Shown in pieces: positions 26,778 to 35,230 of a stretch of DNA of 64,000 bases. Every line of letters begins with the position of its first letter. The first letter of the stretch is position 1. The position numbers were made by a program, and so were the translations under genes. The notes beneath the pieces were generated by a model that was not told the origin of the DNA, made no database searches, and saw nothing but the letters and a program-made list of their open reading frames with translations. Origin of the DNA: a virus; the IMG/VR virus record IMGVR_UViG_3300021181_000009, positions 7,175 through 71,174 of that record. One strand, given 5' to 3'.

Positions 26778-28155
26778 AAAATTCTCTATATTCTGGGAAT
26801 GTGGTTAAAAAATCTGTTCCTCTACGTTGATCGTATTCTTTGTAAAAGCTTTTGAAGTCTGATAATCGTTTTTGTAAATCAGCATTATCCAGTGGTGTCA
26901 AAGCATATTCCTTTAGTCGCGCAATTTGATCCAATTCTTCTAGATAAAATCTACCAGCAGCATCCTTACTATGATTTCTATCATGCATATTCATCCATTG
27001 ATCAATATCATTCAGATACTTTAACTTAAATTCAGTAGGTAAAATTCTAACGTCTTGAAATTGTGGCCACCGCAAGTAACTAATTACAAACGGGATGCGG
27101 TTGAATCCATCATTCTCATTGTAGTCTCGCCTGAAGTTCCATATATCATACATGAAACCCTTGAATGAAGTCAAACTTAATGCATTGAATGTAATCATGA
27201 AATTTATACGATAATTACTAGGCGTTTCGTCTAGATACCTATCTACATTTTTTATAAACGTATCATAATCCATCCCGTATCTGATATAATTAGCTTGAAT
27301 ATCTGACGCCTCGCAGCTTGTGTATAATTCAAATTCTTTGACCTTACCGTTTAGCTTGTTTGCATAGTCAATTATTTTATCTATTAATTGATCAGGAACC
27401 ATCATATTTGAATTTACTGATATTTTCAAATTTGGCATAGGATTCTGATAAATCATATCGAGCAATTTCCAAAAATCTTTACTAAGCAATGGTTCTCCGC
27501 CTGTAATTCTTAGCTCTACTAACGTTTTACTTAGTTCGGGCCACCAACTCCAGAATGCATCTACATATGGATTATGATCTTTGTGAGGAATAGGCATCTT
27601 TCCTTGTTGCTTAATCCATTCAATATTACCTATTCCAACTTTGTATTCACCGTAACGGTCAATCTCTTCCATCCAACTTGAAGAAACATCAGGGGAACAA
27701 TACATGCATGACATTTGACATACACTGCTAAACGAAATTTCTACATATGTCGGCGTTATATTGTTTAATGGTCCATTCGTTAATACTTTATCAGCATACG
27801 GATATGCCCAGCTTTCATCTGTGCTTTTATATGTTCTATCACTGATATGATCATTACCCAAATCCTCAATATTCCAACAGTAGTTACATGCTGATGGACG
27901 CCGAGATTCCATCATGTCAAGTCTTTCTAATTTTTTTTCTTTTGTATTATGTAGCGCTGAATAATTATTCTTTAGTTCTTCTACTGAAATTTTGTTTGAC
28001 TTACAGTGATGGCAGGATGAGGTATGACCGTTATGCAAGTTGATGGTCGTTTGTAACCATTTAGCTAGACAAATGCTATCGCTGCCTGCCTTAATTTCTA
28101 TTTCAGTCATTCTCGATAACATGTTATCGACGTTGATCTGGTTTGGGGATTTCAT
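26770..28155 (-). CDS. Radical SAM protein, paralog of 25239..26777
   Basis: ICLAKW...SCHH, CNYC, CQMSCMYC, ITGGEPL. Shares EYDQRRG at the C-terminus. Confidence 0.88.
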   Translation of the reverse strand: MKSPNQINVDNMLSRMTEIEIKAGSDSICLAKWLQTTINLHNGHTSSCHHCKSNKISVEELKNNYSALHNTKEKKLERLDMMESRRPSACNYCWNIEDLGNDHISDRTYKSTDESWAYPYADKVLTNGPLNNITPTYVEISFSSVCQMSCMYCSPDVSSSWMEEIDRYGEYKVGIGNIEWIKQQGKMPIPHKDHNPYVDAFWSWWPELSKTLVELRITGGEPLLSKDFWKLLDMIYQNPMPNLKISVNSNMMVPDQLIDKIIDYANKLNGKVKEFELYTSCEASDIQANYIRYGMDYDTFIKNVDRYLDETPSNYRINFMITFNALSLTSFKGFMYDIWNFRRDYNENDGFNRIPFVISYLRWPQFQDVRILPTEFKLKYLNDIDQWMNMHDRNHSKDAAGRFYLEELDQIARLKEYALTPLDNADLQKRLSDFKSFYKEYDQRRGTDFLTTFPEYREFYE

Positions 28156-28445
28156 TTGTTTCTTAATATTATTTCCAATTTTTCTTCATCAGTTAGTTCA
28201 CCATAAACTTCCCAATCTAGATATTGGGAAGCCAAATCTTCATATACCATACCTGGTTCCTCTGTTGGCCAGGCACCTTTGAAGGATTCAATAAGATCAT
28301 CAGGCCAATTTACTGTAAATGTAGTAGTATAACTATTAATAGTGTATTGATTCCTTTTTGTTCCAATGATTACCAAAAATCTGTTCTGTGGTTTCCAAAA
28401 CAGATTTTTTATATCTGCTAGATTTATTTTTGTAAAATTATTCAT
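28152..28445 (-). CDS. Small hypothetical protein with C-terminal ELT..EKL...L motif
   Basis: Ends VYGELTDEEKLEIILRNK. Confidence 0.6.
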   Translation of the reverse strand: MNNFTKINLADIKNLFWKPQNRFLVIIGTKRNQYTINSYTTTFTVNWPDDLIESFKGAWPTEEPGMVYEDLASQYLDWEVYGELTDEEKLEIILRNK

Positions 28446-28693
28446 TAACTGTGTTTTAATCTCTCTACTAATTTTTCTTGTTCTGTCAATTCTTTATTAT
28501 AAACAACTATTGTTCCTTCAAGCAAACATTCTTCGTAATCATTAATGTCTGTCATAAATGAGTCTTCTCCCTCATACTGAACCACAATATATGGCCATAT
28601 TGATTCTGAATTTCTAACTCCTAATATCATTCCAAACTCATGTATAGTTTTAGAGTATATTGAACATCCCACTGGAATCGTCACTTGGCTCAT
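28445..28693 (-). CDS. Small hypothetical protein with C-terminal ELT..EKL...L motif
   Basis: Ends VYNKELTEQEKLVERLKHS. Confidence 0.6.
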   Translation of the reverse strand: MSQVTIPVGCSIYSKTIHEFGMILGVRNSESIWPYIVVQYEGEDSFMTDINDYEECLLEGTIVVYNKELTEQEKLVERLKHS

Positions 28694-29628
28694 TGTAATC
28701 CTCTGTTAAAATTGATGACATCCATTTCAGTAATCATTGCATTAGAAGCATTCTTATGTGCATTTGCATAGTGATGTTTAAAGAACTTACTTTGTTCTGC
28801 GTTCATGTCAATGATAGGAAGATTCAATCTACTCCTGAGCATCGGTGTTATATGATTGATATCATGCGATTGATCCCAAATTTCTTTGATCTTATCAAAA
28901 TCATGAACTTCAGTATAATCCCAATTTGTTAACATAGTGAGGTATGTTCCTAAACGTGCGCCATATATTGCGTAATTGCCATTTTCAATGTCGGCGCCGA
29001 TATTCATCCAAATCATTAAATTATCTAAATTACGTGAATGCACCTTAGCTTCAAAGTCTTGTAATGATGGTTTAGAACCCCTATCTAAACACATCTTTAC
29101 GCCTTCTCTAAATCCTGCACGAAATGCTTGAAATGCACTCTGATTGGGGTATGTTGTGCTATATGTATTATGTAGTGCAATATACCTAGAATCAAAGCAA
29201 AATTCCACGTTGTTTTCATCTTTGCCATCACTATTTTCATGTGTTTTCATATTGTTTATAAAATCCTTCGTCCACATGCTCAATCCACCGTTACCATAGC
29301 AAAGTCCATTAATGTGATTGCGTGCTTTCCAACGAAATACGCAATCATTCTGCCAATCTTGTATACGTAATTGTAAATTAAAGAAATCAGAGTCAGGAAT
29401 ATTATCGCCATCGATCAAAATAAATCTATCTGTATCACTTGCTGCTGCTGCTGCTTTATGTGCAGAGTCTGAACCTTTAATCCCATCTACACGTTTTGCC
29501 CATGGAGCGATATTCTGAATCTTAATCCAGAATTCTTCTTTCTTCGGTTCGTCATAAGTCAAAAAGATAACATCTAAATCTGCTACGTCTATAATCTTAT
29601 CACTACTAATGTATTCATTTTGAAACAT
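28690..29628 (-). CDS. GT-A-fold glycosyltransferase-like protein
   Basis: LDVIFLTYDE, HKAAA...TDRFILIDGDN (DxD), YGNGG. Confidence 0.7.
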   Translation of the reverse strand: MFQNEYISSDKIIDVADLDVIFLTYDEPKKEEFWIKIQNIAPWAKRVDGIKGSDSAHKAAAAASDTDRFILIDGDNIPDSDFFNLQLRIQDWQNDCVFRWKARNHINGLCYGNGGLSMWTKDFINNMKTHENSDGKDENNVEFCFDSRYIALHNTYSTTYPNQSAFQAFRAGFREGVKMCLDRGSKPSLQDFEAKVHSRNLDNLMIWMNIGADIENGNYAIYGARLGTYLTMLTNWDYTEVHDFDKIKEIWDQSHDINHITPMLRSRLNLPIIDMNAEQSKFFKHHYANAHKNASNAMITEMDVINFNRGLQ

Positions 29629-29959
29629 AAGAATCTCTCTCGGTTATCGAATCATCCGCTAAAATTAGCATGTTATTCTTTACGGTTTTAAAATTTCCAT
29701 CTTCTACTTTTTCTAAGTAGATAGTATTAATACTAGATAGGGACATATTATGTATCTCGCCATTCTTTACTTTATATTTCCCCATCTGAATTGCTATAAA
29801 TGCGTCTAAATCAACAATAATATAGTCACCATCTTTATCTTCTATAGTGCAATCCGTAATATTTCCTTTAGCATCATAATATATTTTATGCTCTATTGGT
29901 AGCGGCGCGACAAAAGCTGAGTCTGCTAATGCTTTCCAAAATTCATCTTCATTTGACAT
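29615..29959 (-). CDS. Hypothetical protein
   Basis: ORF overlapping both neighbours. Likely start MSNEDEF at 29959. Confidence 0.6.
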   Translation of the reverse strand: MSNEDEFWKALADSAFVAPLPIEHKIYYDAKGNITDCTIEDKDGDYIIVDLDAFIAIQMGKYKVKNGEIHNMSLSSINTIYLEKVEDGNFKTVKNNMLILADDSITERDSYVSK

Positions 29960-30806
29960 ATTTTTGCATGACCTCATCTGTCGCATAATCTTTTTGATAG
30001 TAATGAAACGGATACATTTGTCTAGTAAATCCTACAGTATGATTATACTCATCATCTATTTGTGAATACAGCTTAGTAGTCCAATCCTCATCAATTCCCC
30101 ACCCTTGAATTCCACCTTTCATATGAACGATTTTTGGGATGCTCAAATCAGGGATATAGAAATTTTCTTCGCCTAATATTTTTGCAGCAATAGAAAAAAC
30201 AACATCTGTAGTTGGATACGTATCCCTACAATTAATGAGAAGTTCGTCTCTAAAGTATTTCCAATTCTGATAAATTTTTCTTGCCAAATCAAAGAACTCT
30301 GCTGATTGAAGTGAATATCTGAAGTAGAAAAATGCTGAATATAGATTTGGCAGTCTATTTTCATCAAACATTCTTCTATAAGCCCTAGAGTTTGAAACAT
30401 TTCCCAGATAATCAACAACTTTTGTTGTGAATAAAACATCTTTCAACTGATACACTGGCCACCAATGGTCTATGTTTCTATTGAAAGTCATGTCACAATC
30501 TAATTTCACTGTTTCTTTGAATGGAGTTAACCAATAAGATTTCCATTCATCGCCTAGCTTCCATTCAGGATCTTCATTCTCATTTGTGTCAGGAATTTGA
30601 ATTACGTAATCAAATACCTTCTGATGTTCATCTGTAATTTCTTTAAACGTCTCTGCGTCAACTGCAACTGCATATAAATTAGTTGCTTGAGTCTTTTTAA
30701 TTGAAGCAGCTTGCAAATATGCTAGACGCAAATAATCACATTTGCTTGTATTCTTAGCAAATGTGAAATACCCCTTTTGTGCAGAAAATTCACCTCTAGT
30801 TAGCAT
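29949..30806 (-). CDS. GT-A (GT8-like) glycosyltransferase
   Basis: TPFKETVKLDCD (DxD), YSAFFYF, TTDVVFSIA, VHMK. Confidence 0.72.
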   Translation of the reverse strand: MLTRGEFSAQKGYFTFAKNTSKCDYLRLAYLQAASIKKTQATNLYAVAVDAETFKEITDEHQKVFDYVIQIPDTNENEDPEWKLGDEWKSYWLTPFKETVKLDCDMTFNRNIDHWWPVYQLKDVLFTTKVVDYLGNVSNSRAYRRMFDENRLPNLYSAFFYFRYSLQSAEFFDLARKIYQNWKYFRDELLINCRDTYPTTDVVFSIAAKILGEENFYIPDLSIPKIVHMKGGIQGWGIDEDWTTKLYSQIDDEYNHTVGFTRQMYPFHYYQKDYATDEVMQKYVK

Positions 30807-31624
30807 TCATATTTCTCCAACTTATATAACAATTGTTCATCTTGGCATGACCACTTTCCTAGAACATGTACATTGTGATTTTTTATATAATCAACATATT
30901 TTCTAGAATTCTTTTCATACGTATAAATCAATCCTCTATCTTCTTTATAATCAATAACTTTTACGTCTGTAGAAAGCATGCACATTTCGCCAGGCAGTGC
31001 CCATATTGGGCAACTATATGCTTGCGCAGCAATAGTCAATGCATAATCATTTCTATATGGTTGAGGATCTACACCCAATAATTTGTGATAATAGTCATAG
31101 TTGTCCCTTACTTGTTTCATCATGTAGAACACTGAGCAGGCTGGATAAGATTTATCGAAATAACAAACTGTTGCCCAAAGCATAGGAATAGTAAATTTTG
31201 ATGCCATCATACTTCCAGAAAATGAATTCCTGCATGTGGGATCAAATACTTTTGAGTAACACATGAAATGATTTGATGATGCAAATACTGTTTTTAACGA
31301 TGGTTCTAAGATAAAATAATCTGCATCAATAAGTAATGTTCTGTCATAGGGTGACAAATCATATGCGCCTGGGCGAGATTGGTTAAACCATTTCACATTT
31401 TGATATTGGTCGCCGTCGAACATTGCCCGATTTGTATAATCACCTTTGTCAATGATGATTGTATCTTCTGCATACTTAAAATTGCATTTCCTATCTGTAA
31501 TTATAGTAGTAGGTATTCCCAAATTTTTCTTGACAAGTCCAGCAGCAACATCTGCCAATCTAGTGTATTCAAAATCACCGTTGTTTATAGCGAAAATTAT
31601 GCATCCCTTAGATTTGTTTGCCAT
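30800..31624 (-). CDS. GT-A (GT8-like) glycosyltransferase
   Basis: SPYDRTLLIDADY (DxD), WATVCYF, RNDYALTIA. Paralogous to the adjacent gene. Confidence 0.72.
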   Translation of the reverse strand: MANKSKGCIIFAINNGDFEYTRLADVAAGLVKKNLGIPTTIITDRKCNFKYAEDTIIIDKGDYTNRAMFDGDQYQNVKWFNQSRPGAYDLSPYDRTLLIDADYFILEPSLKTVFASSNHFMCYSKVFDPTCRNSFSGSMMASKFTIPMLWATVCYFDKSYPACSVFYMMKQVRDNYDYYHKLLGVDPQPYRNDYALTIAAQAYSCPIWALPGEMCMLSTDVKVIDYKEDRGLIYTYEKNSRKYVDYIKNHNVHVLGKWSCQDEQLLYKLEKYEC

Positions 31625-31922
31625 TTCTAATCCTCAGAATTTTCTGATACTCAACTTCCCAATCATTCATGATTGTTTGGTAACATTGCTTTAGTTCATC
31701 TAATAATTTTTCACGTTCGATTCGGATTGGATTTCCATAACTGTCCTCAATTACATCAACTTCTACAATTGATAGGAATGTAATAAGCTCCGGAGCAGCT
31801 TTAAATAAGCCACCATTATGAGCTACATATAATTGTTGTTGAGATTTCTCTTTAAGTTCTAGCTTTTTGGCTGCATGATTAAATGCAGCCTCAGCCATAC
31901 TATTGATATTTGAATTATTCAT
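31608..31922 (-). CDS. Hypothetical protein, first gene of the glycosyltransferase/radical SAM run
   Basis: 104-aa ORF directly after a sigma70-type promoter. Confidence 0.65.
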   Translation of the reverse strand: MNNSNINSMAEAAFNHAAKKLELKEKSQQQLYVAHNGGLFKAAPELITFLSIVEVDVIEDSYGNPIRIEREKLLDELKQCYQTIMNDWEVEYQKILRIRNGKQI

Positions 31923-31928
31923 ACAAAC

Positions 31929-31957
31929 ACTGTAGCAGGTTTTGTATGAAATGTCAA
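31929..31957 (-). promoter_or_regulatory. Sigma70-type promoter giving a probably leaderless mRNA
   Basis: TTGACA-N17-TACAGT (preceded by TGc)-N6-ATG 31922. Confidence 0.72.
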
Positions 31958-31959
31958 AT

Positions 31960-32934
31960 TTAACTACCTGTTACTGTGCCGCCTGATATAATGGGAGTGC
32001 CCCAAGTGTTGGATAGATATGTGGTGGGAGGCATTCCTGCTGACCAATTAACTTGTGATACACCATCTACAATGTCTGTAGGAGGCCCCCAAGTATCTGT
32101 TGCTGCATCAGTCCAAACGATAGAGAATGTCAATACTGAACCTACATCACCGTTTGATCCTTGGTGTCCGTTTGAATTTACGTTTGTTTGAATTAAATTG
32201 ACGTTTGCATATGGTGCTGCACCTGCAGCATATTGCTTTTGAATGGTTTGGGCGCCAATTGTCTGTTGCCAATAACCTATAGCAACAGGAGGCACAAGAG
32301 TTCCAGTTCCGCCAGCAGTATTCCCAGAAGCAGTCGTTGTATTATACCCGAAGCTTATAGTTCCGCATGCCGCGCACAAATTTACCCATGACGTATTTTT
32401 ATTATTTGTAGTAAATGGTGTATGTGTAAATGAGAAATTGATTGTTCCGCCAGCATTGAAGAAATATCTAGCTGCATCTCCAGAGGTAAAAGTGACAGTG
32501 ACAGGAAAAGTTAATGCATTTTGCCAACGATTGTTATTTGCTGCGCTGTATGCTGATGATCCAGATGCAGAAGTAGTTCTAGTAGTTACCTTACCGATAT
32601 TATTCGTAACAGTATTGATATCACCACTAAGAACTGATATAGCCTGAATTAAATTTCCAGTGGTGGGATTAGTTAATGCAGAAATCGAAGTGCCTTGATG
32701 GTTTGCAGATGCAGTAATCTTAGAAAACATCGAAGACCATTGCGCTGCCGTCACTAACGTGCCTGTCGTTACCGGAGACAATACTGTAGATTGGCCGTAA
32801 CCTTTGCTGCCATTACCGACTCCCCAAATTGTGTTAACGTTTGCTACTGAGTTATTGGCTACACCATTTGCTGATCCAGTCGCGAAAGTGTTGTAATCTC
32901 CATTTGCGATTATTTGGCCTGTTGCGTAAGTCAT
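31960..32934 (-). CDS. Virion structural protein, tail-fibre/baseplate-associated
   Basis: T/S/G/N-rich. YA.G..I...DYN, GYGQ, ARYFFNAGG motifs. Located in the tail module. Confidence 0.65.
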   Translation of the reverse strand: MTYATGQIIANGDYNTFATGSANGVANNSVANVNTIWGVGNGSKGYGQSTVLSPVTTGTLVTAAQWSSMFSKITASANHQGTSISALTNPTTGNLIQAISVLSGDINTVTNNIGKVTTRTTSASGSSAYSAANNNRWQNALTFPVTVTFTSGDAARYFFNAGGTINFSFTHTPFTTNNKNTSWVNLCAACGTISFGYNTTTASGNTAGGTGTLVPPVAIGYWQQTIGAQTIQKQYAAGAAPYANVNLIQTNVNSNGHQGSNGDVGSVLTFSIVWTDAATDTWGPPTDIVDGVSQVNWSAGMPPTTYLSNTWGTPIISGGTVTGS

Positions 32935-32938
32935 AGTT

Positions 32939-33814
32939 TCATTCCCATATCGAAATAATATTGTATCCTGCGTCTTTCAAAAGAGATTCTCTTTCAATAG
33001 TTTTCTTATACAGTTCATCGACAGAGATTTTTGATGCAGGATGAATCATTTTTCTGTCTGGGAATATGTCTGGATGCCCATGCCAATATTTTCCGTGATA
33101 TTCGTATATTGTGTTTGTAGATGGATCGAAACCATCTACAATTATCTTTTTGTTTCGTGAAACTAATCTATATTGTCTCACTATATTTGAATTATTTAGT
33201 GAGTCTAACCATTCAGTTTCTTTTTTGCTAATAGCCGCACCAGAAAATAATCCGCAGTCTGGACAACCATTATTTCTGAGATGGCTATTTGGAAGTTGAT
33301 CAAAATTTCCGTGTTTAGGACAAATTATTGTTATCTTAGTGTGTGCATTTTTGTATTCGACTAATGAGTAGTCATATTTGTCTGAATGGATTTTCTTTGC
33401 ACGGTCAATAAACTGTTCTTTCGTCAATCTCACATTATCAGCGCAGTATTTGCAACCTTTGCCTTTAAGGTGATTGTCTGGTGTTTGATCAAATGATCCG
33501 TGTATTGGACACAATATTTCCACTTCTACTTTGTAGCTAATATATTCTGTCTTAGAATAATCGAACAAATTACCATGGATGACTTTCGCTCTTTCTATAA
33601 AGCGTTCAGTTGTTGATTGAACGTTCCCTGCGCAATATCTGCAACCTTTACCCATTAAATGATTTGATGGCGTTTGATCGAAGGTATGTCCGTTTGGGCA
33701 GATAATTGTTACCTTGGTGCTATTGTTGATATAAACAACATGGGAATAATCAAACTTATTCCCATGTACTGTCGATGCCTGTTGTAAAAATGTCTCTTTA
33801 GTGAATTTATTCAT
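32939..33814 (-). CDS. Free-standing homing endonuclease: three Cys/His zinc repeats plus a PD-(D/E)XK-type domain
   Basis: 3 x (F...A...H...[F/Y]DYS...Y......I.CP..[G/H].FDQ.P..HL...GC..C), then VDGFD...IYEYHGKYWHG. Confidence 0.8.
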   Translation of the reverse strand: MNKFTKETFLQQASTVHGNKFDYSHVVYINNSTKVTIICPNGHTFDQTPSNHLMGKGCRYCAGNVQSTTERFIERAKVIHGNLFDYSKTEYISYKVEVEILCPIHGSFDQTPDNHLKGKGCKYCADNVRLTKEQFIDRAKKIHSDKYDYSLVEYKNAHTKITIICPKHGNFDQLPNSHLRNNGCPDCGLFSGAAISKKETEWLDSLNNSNIVRQYRLVSRNKKIIVDGFDPSTNTIYEYHGKYWHGHPDIFPDRKMIHPASKISVDELYKKTIERESLLKDAGYNIISIWE

Positions 33815-33823
33815 CTACATATT

Positions 33824-35197
33824 TTAAACTGCTTTAATAAATGCCTCAACTACTCCCTCACCATCTGTCGCTTTATCATTAAGCGATCTACCAATCACAT
33901 TAAATGACGATATCTCTGATTGCAATGCTGCTCTTGCAAATCCGTTTCCAGCAGAAACTAAACGATCACCTTTTTTAACTTGCCCAATGACATTTACAGG
34001 AACTCTTCCCATTAACGCCACAAACGGATGCGTGTCGTCGGGACCTGAAGCGACGTTCATCATAATTGCTGGATTAGTAGAAATTACACCAAAAACATCT
34101 TCACTCAAATCGTCTGTGGTCAAAGTAATTTCGTTGACTCCACCTAGAGAAACTACCGTTCCTGGCTTATAAATCGCATCCGCCCAATATTTTTCGCACA
34201 AATCGGCGTATAAAGCCTGACTTGAAGTTCCAGTAAATGTTGTTGCATAAATGTTACTAAACACTAAACTCGGACTGCCGATTGTTTGCGTATTAGTAGT
34301 CGTAGGCAATAACGTTGCGTTCAATGTGACGTTAGACGTTGCTCCAGCGATAGTAAGTGCCGGAGTTTGAGTTCCGCCTTTATTAACTTGAATGTATAAA
34401 TTGCCATTCAAATCTGTATTCTGAATGTATGCATTTTGTGCAACGATAGAAAATTGTAAATCATTTCCTGCACCAACGGTTAAACCAGTATTATTTACGA
34501 CCCCAAGTGTACCAGTCGTAGATGTATTCGTATCTGAACGCATAAACTGGGTTGATAACAATCCACCTACAGTATTAGAATTTGTAGCTGTGCCAGACAA
34601 CTGGATACCTGGGATTGCTCCAGTTGTCGCTAAGTTAAAACCTGGAGCAATAGTCGGAAATCCTGGGATAGTTGTTTGAGGTGTAAACAATGAATCTTTA
34701 CTTAGAATACCAACCGCAATATTGCTTACATAAAAATAAACGATAACGTGACTAGTTGATGTTGTGTCAATAACGGTACTAACGATAGCGCCAGACTGAC
34801 CTGTTGCTGAAGTAAATGATGGCCCAATAAGTGTAAATGATGATCCGTTATAAACGTTCAATTGTTGATTAACTGTATCAAACCACAAATCTCCTATAAC
34901 GGCTCCGGTTGGTGCCGTAGCTGATGCAGTTGAGCTACTAATAGGTTTGAATGTTGTTCCAGTATATACTTTTAAAACGTTGTGACTCGAATCCCACCAA
35001 AGCTGTCCAACTAGAGGATTGACAGGAGATGTCGCATTTGCAAAGTTTTCTAACAAGTAGACAAAGTTTTCATCAATAAATTGACCATAACCTGCGTAGT
35101 TTTTACCTACTAGGGTTAAGTTAGTTGTTGTATCGACTGTGCCATCATTAACCGTAGTAAGCGCGGCACCATTATAATGTGTTATTGTATATGGAAT
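33824..35197 (-). CDS. Tail fibre protein with C-terminal chaperone/peptidase-like domain, probable ATT start
   Basis: The frame extends 47 codons upstream of the track start to ATT 35197 (xPYTITHYNG...LVGKNYAGYG...ENFVYLLENFAN), with SD AAGGGGA 6 nt before it. GQLWWD/GDLWFD repeats. C-terminal YADLCE.Y...GVIS..PA..MN...GRVPV. Confidence 0.75.
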   Translation of the reverse strand: MPYTITHYNGAALTTVNDGTVDTTTNLTLVGKNYAGYGQFIDENFVYLLENFANATSPVNPLVGQLWWDSSHNVLKVYTGTTFKPISSSTASATAPTGAVIGDLWFDTVNQQLNVYNGSSFTLIGPSFTSATGQSGAIVSTVIDTTSTSHVIVYFYVSNIAVGILSKDSLFTPQTTIPGFPTIAPGFNLATTGAIPGIQLSGTATNSNTVGGLLSTQFMRSDTNTSTTGTLGVVNNTGLTVGAGNDLQFSIVAQNAYIQNTDLNGNLYIQVNKGGTQTPALTIAGATSNVTLNATLLPTTTNTQTIGSPSLVFSNIYATTFTGTSSQALYADLCEKYWADAIYKPGTVVSLGGVNEITLTTDDLSEDVFGVISTNPAIMMNVASGPDDTHPFVALMGRVPVNVIGQVKKGDRLVSAGNGFARAALQSEISSFNVIGRSLNDKATDGEGVVEAFIKAV

Positions 35198-35221
35198 TTT
35201 AATTCCCCTTGATAATATATG

Positions 35222-35227
35222 TATTTA
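35222..35227 (-). promoter_or_regulatory. TAAATA late-promoter core upstream of the tail fibre gene
   Basis: Minus strand reads aaTAAATAcatatattatcAAGGGGA. Confidence 0.55.
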
Positions 35228-35230
35228 TTA

